A stretch of 64,000 nt of DNA from Candidatus Poribacteria bacterium (lineage in GTDB: Bacteria; Poribacteria; WGA-4E; WGA-3G): assembly GCA_965197475.1 (NCBI GenBank), contig CBDANF010000002.1:448001-512000 (forward strand), in the 5' to 3' direction. The notes below the pieces were generated by a model. That model saw only the letters and a list, made by a program, of their open reading frames with translations, made no database searches and was not told the DNA's origin. The translations under genes and the position numbers were made by a program. Below are positions 20,453 to 29,878 of this stretch, piece after piece. Each line of letters starts with the position of its first letter. The first letter of the stretch is position 1.

Positions 20453-20776
20453 TTATTGTTCCTCTGTACTGATGTTTGATTTGTGCAATTCCCTGATGAC
20501 CGCAATTCCCGCTTCCAAATTTTCATCTGAATCAACTTCGGCAATTTTAGATATACCTTTCTCCTTTAAAACCGCTTCCAACTCGAAACGGTGGATTCCT
20601 GCTAATTCAGCGGCTCTTCCGAGCGTCACTTCACCTTCTTGGTATAGCAGGATTGCGGCATCAAGTTGTGATTCAGCATCAAGAGATTTCCGTAGTTGAT
20701 CGCGTTCCATTTTAGGCAATTTTTGTATCAACGGCAGTAGTTTTTCAAGAGTAATCGGTTCAGAAATTTGGATCAT
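20453..20776 (-). CDS. UPF0175-family antitoxin
   Basis: AILLYQEGEVTLGRAAELAGI..FE..L..KGI motif; upstream of the PIN gene. Confidence 0.8.
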   Translation of the reverse strand: MIQISEPITLEKLLPLIQKLPKMERDQLRKSLDAESQLDAAILLYQEGEVTLGRAAELAGIHRFELEAVLKEKGISKIAEVDSDENLEAGIAVIRELHKSNISTEEQ

Positions 20777-21084
20777 CCTATTCTACTCCTTTCTGAAATT
20801 TTAGGCGTTTTCAGAGTCGTGTGCAATTGCAGGCTGTTCGCCGAGTTGGTTCTCACTGTAGGGGTTTTGCATAATTCATGAAATGGTCTTGTATCTAACG
20901 ATAGGCATTTCGACGATGTTTGATTCGATAAATGCCAACACGCCGTGTTGCATGGACAGTATAAGGCGTTGGCGTGTTCAAAGTTTTCCCTCTTTTATCA
21001 GGTCGGTTCGAATGTCTTGATAGTCGCGAAACTCAGTTTCGGTTTCGACCACAGCATTAGTGTCCGTATAATTGTCTTATTGAT

Positions 21085-21114
21085 ATTATACATCTTCACA
21101 GGCGTACTTGTCAA
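21085..21114 (-). promoter_or_regulatory. Internal sigma70 promoter upstream of the TA pair and hsdR
   Basis: TTGACA-N18-TATAAT just after the hsdS stop. Confidence 0.65.
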
Positions 21115-21133
21115 TTGCTTTCAGAGTGGCGAG

Positions 21134-22381
21134 CTAAATTATGTTGTCTTTGTTAATATCAAGTTCAGATACGTCTATTTCGCCAGAGATGAGTTTGGGG
21201 AGGAGAAGGTCGCGGGTTTGGCGGAGGTTGGCGTTTTTTTCTAACAAATTGTTAAGTGATTTTCTCAGTGAGGTAATCAATTCCTCAAAACTTTTTCTTA
21301 CATCCTGTGTTGGAATAACTAATCCAAAATCGGTGATAACTCCCGCACTCGCGCTTTTACGAGTGGTGCCAGTGCTTGCTCCATCTACGTAATTTTGATA
21401 ACGGGCATCTAAAAGAGCGTAAAAGAGGTAATAGGGTGATAGGAACGTAGACCTTAATTTCAAACGGATTAGATAAGAGGCAAAAACAGCATTAATATCT
21501 TTTTCAATTATTGCTACTTTCCCAGGATCTGCCATACGAATCACGAGAATATCACCGACATCAAGTTGATATTTCGCATGTTTTTTTGCGTCAATTGGAC
21601 AAAAAGGCACTGCTCCCCAATCGATGTATGTAGTTTTATTGATATCTTTACCTCTAACGAACTTCGGTCCAACTTCATCTTCAGTAGCAGATTCGGTATA
21701 GCCGTATTGCGTCAAAACTAGATCTGCAAGCTGCTTAACTTCCCATCCCTGCGGTATCTGTCCCAATTTTGATTCTACCATCTGGACGTTCTCATGTTCC
21801 GGAAATCGGTAGTGGACGAACCATTCTCTATAGAGGGTTTGTGCCATGTCTTCAAGGATTTTGATGCGGCGGGTGTTGTTTTCAATAAGGTCGTCGTTGG
21901 TGCTGAGGATAGCGGCGATTTTGCGTTGGGTTGGGAGTGGTGGAACACAAACCTTAAGTTTTGCGAATGAAGTCTTATTGACTATAGGGGTAGCAACACC
22001 ACTCGCAACATTCTGGAGAATATCTGTTTGTGTTCTGAGAAGGTAATAAACAAAATATGGGTCGTACTTTTGTTGATTTGCCACAACGCTGTTGATTTGC
22101 TGATTTGTTACGCTGGGAACAGATGTCATGCAAATCTTACCGATGCTTGCAATACAAACTACACAAACAGCATTGCGTGGCAGCAAACGTTTTTTATTAT
22201 ATTCATATCCTTTCTGTGATAAAAATCGTTCGGTATGAACAATGCGAGAATCTATTTCTATATCAGTTGGGGTGATAAAGGGATATTCATTGCCGTAATA
22301 CTCTGTTTTTTTTGTAGGTGGAGTAGAGCCTGTAATGATCTGTCCCAAGTCATTGATAGTTACGTTCTGCCACGTATTCAT
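21134..22381 (-). CDS. hsdS: Type I R-M specificity subunit
   Basis: Two TRDs, PPLPTQRKIAAILS..DDLIENN, LRQTRDLLLPKLISGEIDV. Confidence 0.95.
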   Translation of the reverse strand: MNTWQNVTINDLGQIITGSTPPTKKTEYYGNEYPFITPTDIEIDSRIVHTERFLSQKGYEYNKKRLLPRNAVCVVCIASIGKICMTSVPSVTNQQINSVVANQQKYDPYFVYYLLRTQTDILQNVASGVATPIVNKTSFAKLKVCVPPLPTQRKIAAILSTNDDLIENNTRRIKILEDMAQTLYREWFVHYRFPEHENVQMVESKLGQIPQGWEVKQLADLVLTQYGYTESATEDEVGPKFVRGKDINKTTYIDWGAVPFCPIDAKKHAKYQLDVGDILVIRMADPGKVAIIEKDINAVFASYLIRLKLRSTFLSPYYLFYALLDARYQNYVDGASTGTTRKSASAGVITDFGLVIPTQDVRKSFEELITSLRKSLNNLLEKNANLRQTRDLLLPKLISGEIDVSELDINKDNII

Positions 22382-22441
22382 ACTGCGTTCCTAAATCAAA
22401 TTACAATTTCTTCTATACATTCTTCTATCTCAATCATAGTT

Positions 22442-23593
22442 TTAAGGTGTAGCGGGGGATGGATTACGAAGTCTAGCGACTGGAGCGAAGGTTGGAGATT
22501 CAACCATTTGTAGATTCTGTCCCAAAAAGAATTTCTTAAGATCCTCAGTGTATTCCGGCATTGGGTCTTGATCAACTATGTAAAACAATTCACGCCCAAC
22601 ACGCGAAAGGGCAACACCCGATATCCTTAATTCTGGCTTATTCTCTCGTTCTGGTAAGGGTGATAAAACCCAATGTTTTCCTTGATATTGGAATGGTAAA
22701 AGGACTGGGTTATCTTGACTTATTATGCACAAATTGTAGTCATACCGAGAATTGTAAGACGAAATAATCAGATCGTATTCGTTTAGTAAATTAAGTTGGC
22801 CATACCTTAAACCATATTTTTCAAGTGCATTAGTTCCAGGGTTGCCACCCAGAGAAGCAACTCTGGCATCAAGAATCATTTCGCTATTTGGAATTCCAAA
22901 GACCCCATAGACTACACATGCGGAACAGAATTTTTTGAACAAAGCGGCGATTTCTTGATCTAGCTCACTGAGGAGTTTTACAGCTTTTATTGAATACGAC
23001 CCTGGTTTCTCAATTTCACCAGCTAAGACGCGACCGAAACGACGTTGCATATCCTCACTACTTTTTTGACTCCCCTCTTTCTCAAAAATGTTGAACCAAT
23101 CATCGTCAATTGTTTTCTCTTCGTTAGTGTTCTCGCCTTGATTTTTTGGATCCGCAGCTTGTTCTTTATTCTGTTCACTGGTGTTTTCATCTGTTGCGTT
23201 GTCAGTTTTCGTTTTTTTAAGTATATCTGTAGCAAACCCCAATATTTTCTCAAGATTGTGCTGTTCCCGCAGTATTCTCTTCGCAAATGTATTTGATGCT
23301 CTCTGTGGAAATTCAGGATCAACCTTTAATTGCTGAATAATTTGGGCATTAATTGCTTCTGTAATTTTAATACGCGCTTCCGATTCTGACCTTTTCTCTG
23401 CAGATCTTCGTTCAAGAGCTCCAACAGGTATATCAATTAAAGCAGAACCTAACCTGTCCAAAGCCTTAAGCACGTTTCGCCTGATTGGAACAGGAATAGT
23501 TGAATCTAAAGCCAGATCGGTGACAGCATCAAGCGCAGTATTTGATGTGTCTTCGGTTGTTACGGGAAGATCTGGTTTTGTTTCATCAGACAT
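22442..23593 (-). CDS. DUF2806-like hypothetical protein
   Basis: REQ.NLE.I, IDDDWFN.F, SSEDMQ..FGRVLAGEI.KPGSYS motif. Confidence 0.7.
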   Translation of the reverse strand: MSDETKPDLPVTTEDTSNTALDAVTDLALDSTIPVPIRRNVLKALDRLGSALIDIPVGALERRSAEKRSESEARIKITEAINAQIIQQLKVDPEFPQRASNTFAKRILREQHNLEKILGFATDILKKTKTDNATDENTSEQNKEQAADPKNQGENTNEEKTIDDDWFNIFEKEGSQKSSEDMQRRFGRVLAGEIEKPGSYSIKAVKLLSELDQEIAALFKKFCSACVVYGVFGIPNSEMILDARVASLGGNPGTNALEKYGLRYGQLNLLNEYDLIISSYNSRYDYNLCIISQDNPVLLPFQYQGKHWVLSPLPERENKPELRISGVALSRVGRELFYIVDQDPMPEYTEDLKKFFLGQNLQMVESPTFAPVARLRNPSPATP

Positions 23594-23697
23594 AATTAAT
23601 CTTTCATTTTTTTATTACCAAAACGAATTGTGTTATTCATACTGTTATGTGTTTTCTATTCATTTTCAATCACAGATTTTGGATTATGGAGGATAGA

Positions 23698-24027
23698 TCA
23701 CGAAGTCGTAACGACTCGCAGGTGCCCGCCTTTTTCGTTTGAAGGCTTAATATGAATTTCAACGTCACGGTTCAACTGATTCAGGATTGTAAACAGTTTG
23801 TCCACGTTAAAATCGAAATCCCCGTTCTGTATTCGGGACACATCTGATGGATTGAGTCCAAAACGTTCCTCTGCTTTTGCTGGTGTGAGTTTTAGTTCTT
23901 CAAGTAAACGGTAGATTCTAATGACGAGATCCACTCTTAACTGTTCATGTTCAGCTTCCTCTTTAGAGAAACCGATGTCTAAAAACACATTGCCGGAACT
24001 CTTTGTAAATTTGACCTCTTCACTCAT
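23698..24027 (-). CDS. XRE/HTH_37 antitoxin (HigA-like)
   Basis: SSGNVFLDIGF...HTH...DVEIHIKP; overlaps the toxin gene. Confidence 0.85.
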   Translation of the reverse strand: MSEEVKFTKSSGNVFLDIGFSKEEAEHEQLRVDLVIRIYRLLEELKLTPAKAEERFGLNPSDVSRIQNGDFDFNVDKLFTILNQLNRDVEIHIKPSNEKGGHLRVVTTS

Positions 24028-24376
24028 TTTTTGCCTCCATTTCATGCGCTATTTTCAATCGTTGTTTAATCAAATCAATTTCCTTTTTAGGGGTGCGGAT
24101 ACCACGCGTGGATTTCTTTTGGAATGCGTGGAGCACATAGATATTCTCACCCAATTTGACAGTATAAACTGCGCGATAAGTATTCGTATCGTAACGAGCG
24201 GTAATTTCCAATACACCTGAACCCACTCCCCGCAACGGTTTGGCATTCTTGTCTTTAAGTCCGGATTGAGCAGCCTGTAATGCTCTACCTACCTTTGTTC
24301 TCGCAGCTTTGGGAAAACTCCGTACTCGCACATGCGAATCGCCAACCCATATTACATCTTTCATTACTTCATTCAT
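24020..24376 (-). CDS. RelE/ParE (Gp49-like, HigB-type) toxin
   Basis: KPLRGVGSGVLEI, YRAVY, YVLHAFQKKS..G..TPK.EIDLI..RLK. Confidence 0.9.
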   Translation of the reverse strand: MNEVMKDVIWVGDSHVRVRSFPKAARTKVGRALQAAQSGLKDKNAKPLRGVGSGVLEITARYDTNTYRAVYTVKLGENIYVLHAFQKKSTRGIRTPKKEIDLIKQRLKIAHEMEAKNE

Positions 24377-24394
24377 AATTTAACGCATTCAATA

Positions 24395-25960
24395 TTATAC
24401 CCTATTTTCTAATATCTTCGCAACATTCTCTGCAATGCGTTCTTCCAATTGGTGTGCCTCTGCGTTTAAAATTTCTAATTCCTCATTCAGTTCTGTGAAC
24501 CGTGGCATAAAGTCAAAATCCTCTGTTTCTTGTGTTGCGACACCGACATAACGTCCAGGGTTTAAACTCCATCCTTGCGCTTCAATTTCTTCTACTGTAG
24601 CAACTTTGCATAGACCGGGGACATCCGTATATTTTCCATCAGGAAATTTGTTTTTGAGGAGTTCCGCGCTGTTGTGTCTATTTTCAGGTGTTTCGTTTCG
24701 GTAAAGGCGCGCTATGTTTGCCAAGAATTCGAGTTGCATGGGTGTGAACTCACGGTGTGCACGACTTACTTGTTGATAGAGATGACGCGCATCAATGAAT
24801 AGGACTGTCCCGTGTCTGTCGGTATTCTGTTTGGATTTGTCGAAAAACCAGAGGGTACATGGCAGTGTTACAGTGTAGAAGAAATTTGATGCGATGCTTA
24901 TCATAACATCAACAGCACGAGATTCAATAATCTGCTTACGAATTTCTAATTCCGAAGCGCGCGCATCTGCAGCGGAGTTTGCCATCACAAAACCTGCCTT
25001 TCCGGTATCGTTCAGCGAGCTAAGAAACAACTGTATCCAAAGATAGTTCGCGTTATCTACGCGAGGCATTCCGAACGGGAATCGTGGGTCATCTTTTATC
25101 CGTTCCATATCTACTTTGTCAACATTAAAGGGCGGATTCGCCATCACAAAATCAAATTCGCCTAAAGACTTATGCGGATCTTTATAGTAGCTATTGGCTT
25201 GCTTGATGTCACCTTCATGTCCATGCACTGCAAGGTTCATCTTGCATAGTTTGATAGTCTCAGTTTTCCGTTCAACGCCGTAAATGCTGATACGTCTTTG
25301 GTTTTCGTTTTGTTGATGATTCTGTATGAATTCTTCGCTTTGGACAAACATACCGCCGGAACCGCAAGCTGGATCAAGAATCCGTCCGTGAAAAGGTTGG
25401 AGTATTTCAACGATGAGTTTAACAAGTGAAGTTGGGGTGAAGAACTCACCTCCGCGTTGCCCTTCACTCATAGCAAAATTGCCAAGAAAGTATTCGTAGA
25501 CCTTACCGAAGGCATCGCCTTCAATGTCCATCGAAATTTGTTCCATAATGCGTAGGAGTTCAATCAGCGTGCTCTTTTCAAGGCGATTGTAGTTTCTCGG
25601 CAAAACCCCATCAACCGGCTTATTTTCCGCTTCAATTGCTTTCATGGCGTTGTTGATAGCTTGTCCAATGTTATCGCTTTCTGGCAAATTTAGAAGATAG
25701 TTAAATCGCGACTTTTCCGGTAGATAGAATGCCCCATGTGCTTGGAATTGTGTTTTTTCATCAGTTCGGACCCGCGTACCAGACGGCATTTCTGATTTGA
25801 GTTCTTGTTGCACTTGTGTGAATTTATAGTCTGCATATTTTAAAAAAATAAGTCCTAAGACTGGCGTAGAGTATTCCGAAGCATTAAGATCTGAATTGGC
25901 CCTCAATTCATCTGCAGCACTCCAAAGTGTTCTTTCTATTTGAGTTAAGTTGGCATTCAT
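24395..25960 (-). CDS. hsdM: Type I R-M N6-adenine methyltransferase subunit M
   Basis: [28 protein letters not shown]. Confidence 0.95.
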   Translation of the reverse strand: MNANLTQIERTLWSAADELRANSDLNASEYSTPVLGLIFLKYADYKFTQVQQELKSEMPSGTRVRTDEKTQFQAHGAFYLPEKSRFNYLLNLPESDNIGQAINNAMKAIEAENKPVDGVLPRNYNRLEKSTLIELLRIMEQISMDIEGDAFGKVYEYFLGNFAMSEGQRGGEFFTPTSLVKLIVEILQPFHGRILDPACGSGGMFVQSEEFIQNHQQNENQRRISIYGVERKTETIKLCKMNLAVHGHEGDIKQANSYYKDPHKSLGEFDFVMANPPFNVDKVDMERIKDDPRFPFGMPRVDNANYLWIQLFLSSLNDTGKAGFVMANSAADARASELEIRKQIIESRAVDVMISIASNFFYTVTLPCTLWFFDKSKQNTDRHGTVLFIDARHLYQQVSRAHREFTPMQLEFLANIARLYRNETPENRHNSAELLKNKFPDGKYTDVPGLCKVATVEEIEAQGWSLNPGRYVGVATQETEDFDFMPRFTELNEELEILNAEAHQLEERIAENVAKILENRV

Positions 25961-26039
25961 ATTTTTAGATTCCTTTGCACATAAGTACTTGAATAAAGTT
26001 ATGATAAAATACGACTATCCCACTTCCTTTGCTGCTTCA

Positions 26040-29000
26040 TTAGAAGAAGGAACGACCAAGTGAATTTCCGCTGCCAAATGCGTTATACGGCACACCTGCA
26101 GGTAAAGTATGGAGTCCCCATGTGTCAGTAGTCGCGTCAAAACCGACCCCCATAGAAACTGCTGGTTCACCTATCAAGTTAACCTGAAATGTAAAATCTT
26201 GTCGGACGTTGTCAAACGGTGGATCGCGTTTGATTCCGACTCGACTCCAGGAGATACGGAGGTTCCAATCGTGCAAATTGCGGTTAATGCTGACACGTTG
26301 TGAGTAAAATTGCCCTTCAATTGGATAGTAGATGAGGCTAAAGTCAAACTCAAGATCCTTGTTGAAACGGTATCGCCCATTAGCAGTCATGGAGCGCGAA
26401 GCTCGTATAGAGGTGTGTCGGTTGCTAAAGGAATTACCGAGACTGACATACCATTTTTGCCGTGTATATCTAATATTGGTGCGCACACCAACCATTTTGA
26501 ATTGTTTTCCATCATCGGGATGAGGATTTGGGTCATGAGTAAGGCGAACCGTCATATTTAGATTGCGGCTTGGTAATGGAACGATGGTGAAGTCGCTTTC
26601 AATTGGCTCGTATTTGCGCCTATATAACGACTCAAATTCTGTAAAATCAGCGGTAAGGCGGGTATCAAAATAGAAGATACGGTGTGCAGATTGACTGCGT
26701 CTGGTTTTAATTTCTATATTCGTATTGAAATTATATGTTAGCCTTTTGCGTTCATAGAAATAGGTACTGGGACCAAACGGGTAAAGACTGTTTTCCTCAT
26801 CAATAGGCGGTTGAAAATCAAAAGTAAGAGAGGATTGCAATTCATGGCGCAATTTTCGGACACCGGGTATAAAACTGGCGTTGTAGATACGGAATAGGGT
26901 ATTGGTAACTTGTGATCTGATACTGTAAACCCCACGTATTATGTTTTTATTTTTGTCTTGGTCTTTAGCGTGCCAGATAGCGTTTGTGTTCAGACGGGCA
27001 CTTATTTTTATCTCGCGCAAAGGGGTAATAAAAAGGTTTGCTTGCTTGCGCAGGTCAAACCCTAAGTCAATTGTCTGAAGAAAAACGTCATTTTCTTCAC
27101 CGTGTTTGCCGCGATAGGTTTGTCTAAAGAAGTTGCCAAATTCAATATCCATATCAAAACTGGTATCTTCAAGTGTTGGGAAAGCGAGAAGGGAGAGAAT
27201 AGGTATGTCGGTTTTGAGTTTTTCCGAGACAAGAACCATCCCATCGTTAATCGTTTCAAATACTGGAAGCCTGCTAAACCGCATCCGTGAAAAATTCACG
27301 GTCAATTGCGGTAATTTTTGGAGTGCGGTGGTGCCTTGTCCAGAGAAATCATGGATGTGTCGAACTTCGAGCCTGCCTGTGAAGTCACCGATGGTTTCTC
27401 GTGAATACCTGAGGTTCCCGTTTTCATCAACGTCCTTTTCACTTGCGGCGGAGAAGGCTGTGCCGTAGGTGATTATCCCAAAAGAATTGAGAGAAGATTC
27501 ATTTTGGATCTCCAAATCATCTTTATAGTTGACAGCACGCCACGCGGTCCGTCCAACGAAACTAAGTGGACGGCGCCCTGCTTGTCGGCTATCCCAGGGC
27601 GTATAGAAGGATTGTCTATGTCCCCACCGCATATTCCAACGTCTACCAATTCGGGATGCGCTCTGTCTGCTAAAGGAGTACTCGTCCGCCCCGTAGAGAT
27701 AAAAATCTCCGTAATAACTTCGCTTCTTATCTACTTTGATGAGTCTAAACGATTTTTTTGTATTAATTACTCGGCTATATTCATCAGCATAAAGACTTTG
27801 TGCTTCTGATGCCACTTGTCTTGGGTCTTCCCACCGTCCACGAAAACCGTATTTTCTATAAACTTCAAACTTTTCTTCCTCTTCAGCACTTTCTTGCTCA
27901 GTGGTTGTTGCGTCTTCGGGTGTCGCTGGTGGTGTGGACGTTTCGCTTTCAGCATCATCGGTAACAACAGGGGGCGAGGTGCTATCACCACCATTAGGTT
28001 TCTTAGTTTCATCGGAAGTGGTTGTGTTTTCCTCTTTAGGTGGTGTAGTTAAAACCTCAGCTTCAAAAGTTTCCCATTCGGCTTCAAACTGCTCGGCGAG
28101 TTCTTCAAACGTGGGTGTTTCCTCCTTTTTGATTAATTGAAAGATATAAAGACCTTCAGGTGAAAAAACAGGACTACGTTGGGTAATGTCTCCAGGTTTT
28201 TCCAAACGTCGGACAGAATATTGCCATCCGGTGTCCATCTCATTAAGGGGCAATCCGTTGCCATCATTAATTTCGGATAATTTTGCTTCAGTGAATTCCG
28301 AGGCAAGTTTTTCAAATGTTTCACCAGCAAGCGCGCGTTCGTGTATATTATTAGCGGTTTCACGAACGCTCTGCTGTGTTTCAGTACTTGCGGTGATAGC
28401 GATATCAATGCGGAGCAATTTAATTTCGCGTTCACCGTAGATGTTAAGCACACGCTCCGCTTTGAGGATATGAAAAGCGGATTCGGTTTTTAAGACACTG
28501 CTAATTTCACCTTCCTTAAGTGTGAACGCTGCTTCTTCTAAGACCGGCTCAAGTATTGGATTGCCGTCTTTGTCTTTCTCGCCTCGTGCAAGGAATCCCA
28601 TATCACCACCATCGTAACGTGTATCTGAATGGTCAGATACACTCTGGGCGAGTTGTGAAAAGTCAGCGGCATCTTCATTAAGTTGTTTGAGGATTTTTTC
28701 CGCTTCTTCTTTTGCACGGATAGCATCTTCATCAGAGATCTGATACTCCAGGAAAAGTTTTCTTAGCCAATATCGGTCATAGTCACCTTCAAGACGACCA
28801 TATATCTCTTTTGCTTTTTCTTCCAATTTTGTACGTTGGGCAGGGGTAGCGTTAGGCGGGATAGGAATATGGATCTCTCGGAACTGCGTATCACTAAATC
28901 GATATTTTCCTTCTAATCCGAAACCTTGTCCTCTTCGCGCGCTTCTGTCGTATAAAAGTGCACCATCGTAGCGTCTTTTGCGGGCTACAGGTAAGATGAT

Positions 29001-29768
29001 ACTGATGTTGGGACCTTGATAGCTATCTGTTCCGACTCTAACGATAATCTTTGCGACTTTGCCTTTCCGCAGGTCGCGCCGAATAGCAGGAAAATAGAAG
29101 AGCGGAACGCCACCGATCCGCAAGACGATATTTTTGGCAATCATCTCTTGGTTCATTTTGACAATCACTTCGGAAACGCTGAAATGGTAGTGCGGGTATT
29201 TCAACGAGCAGGTCGTTAGAGAACCACCGCGGATATAAGATTTTTTGTCCTCAATTTTAAAGATCTCGCTTCCTCCAAAATACCACGGATCGCTAAATGT
29301 GTACCCATTTCTGGCAATCCCCTTCTTGGTTTCGAGGTTGAAAACCAGTTCATCGGAATAGGTCTCATCATCACCGACTTTAAGATAAACGTTACCAGCA
29401 GCGCGCATCAGGTTATCATTGAAGTCTGCCCACACGTGGTCTGCTCGCAAAATGACATCTTCATATTTTATGAGAGCATTCCCATGAATTTGAACGAAGT
29501 TATCTTGTAAAATGACTTCGTCCCCATCGCCTATTACCGTGTCTGCTTCAGGAGTCATCTTTTCAGGATTTAAGGCTTCTTTAGCAGCTGTGACAGTCTG
29601 ATTCGTATCTTGAATAGCCTGTGTATCGGCTTTTTCTGGATCGTCTGGGGAAGGAGATTGTGAGGCTTGCGCATTCACTGACTGTAACGGTAAGAACAGA
29701 CAGGTGAAAACTACGACAGCAAACAATAAGGCACATAAAAGTCCGGTAATGTGATGTGTATTCTCCAT
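26040..29768 (-). CDS. lptD: LPS-assembly protein LptD with inserted parvulin (PPIase) domains
   Basis: Signal peptide, OstA-like jellyroll (GNALIKY..LRAD, YSDELVFNLETKKG, TTC...PHY, GGVPLFYFP), barrel strands ending NRNLHDWNLRISW, internal FSQLAQSVSD...GGDMGF...EAAFTLKEGEIS...TESAFHILK; adjacent to surA. Confidence 0.8.
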   Translation of the reverse strand: MENTHHITGLLCALLFAVVVFTCLFLPLQSVNAQASQSPSPDDPEKADTQAIQDTNQTVTAAKEALNPEKMTPEADTVIGDGDEVILQDNFVQIHGNALIKYEDVILRADHVWADFNDNLMRAAGNVYLKVGDDETYSDELVFNLETKKGIARNGYTFSDPWYFGGSEIFKIEDKKSYIRGGSLTTCSLKYPHYHFSVSEVIVKMNQEMIAKNIVLRIGGVPLFYFPAIRRDLRKGKVAKIIVRVGTDSYQGPNISIILPVARKRRYDGALLYDRSARRGQGFGLEGKYRFSDTQFREIHIPIPPNATPAQRTKLEEKAKEIYGRLEGDYDRYWLRKLFLEYQISDEDAIRAKEEAEKILKQLNEDAADFSQLAQSVSDHSDTRYDGGDMGFLARGEKDKDGNPILEPVLEEAAFTLKEGEISSVLKTESAFHILKAERVLNIYGEREIKLLRIDIAITASTETQQSVRETANNIHERALAGETFEKLASEFTEAKLSEINDGNGLPLNEMDTGWQYSVRRLEKPGDITQRSPVFSPEGLYIFQLIKKEETPTFEELAEQFEAEWETFEAEVLTTPPKEENTTTSDETKKPNGGDSTSPPVVTDDAESETSTPPATPEDATTTEQESAEEEEKFEVYRKYGFRGRWEDPRQVASEAQSLYADEYSRVINTKKSFRLIKVDKKRSYYGDFYLYGADEYSFSRQSASRIGRRWNMRWGHRQSFYTPWDSRQAGRRPLSFVGRTAWRAVNYKDDLEIQNESSLNSFGIITYGTAFSAASEKDVDENGNLRYSRETIGDFTGRLEVRHIHDFSGQGTTALQKLPQLTVNFSRMRFSRLPVFETINDGMVLVSEKLKTDIPILSLLAFPTLEDTSFDMDIEFGNFFRQTYRGKHGEENDVFLQTIDLGFDLRKQANLFITPLREIKISARLNTNAIWHAKDQDKNKNIIRGVYSIRSQVTNTLFRIYNASFIPGVRKLRHELQSSLTFDFQPPIDEENSLYPFGPSTYFYERKRLTYNFNTNIEIKTRRSQSAHRIFYFDTRLTADFTEFESLYRRKYEPIESDFTIVPLPSRNLNMTVRLTHDPNPHPDDGKQFKMVGVRTNIRYTRQKWYVSLGNSFSNRHTSIRASRSMTANGRYRFNKDLEFDFSLIYYPIEGQFYSQRVSINRNLHDWNLRISWSRVGIKRDPPFDNVRQDFTFQVNLIGEPAVSMGVGFDATTDTWGLHTLPAGVPYNAFGSGNSLGRSFF

Positions 29769-29878
29769 TGATGTGCCACGCATTGACAGTTGATGCTGCA
29801 ACGTTAATATAGGTTGTATCATTTTATTAATTGACAGGATATCTTTGTTCTTTAACAAGCCTCTCGTTCAAACCGATG

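Noticed and set aside
21134-22381. Phase-variable hsdS shufflon
   Set aside because: Single hsdS, no inverted silent TRD or recombinase
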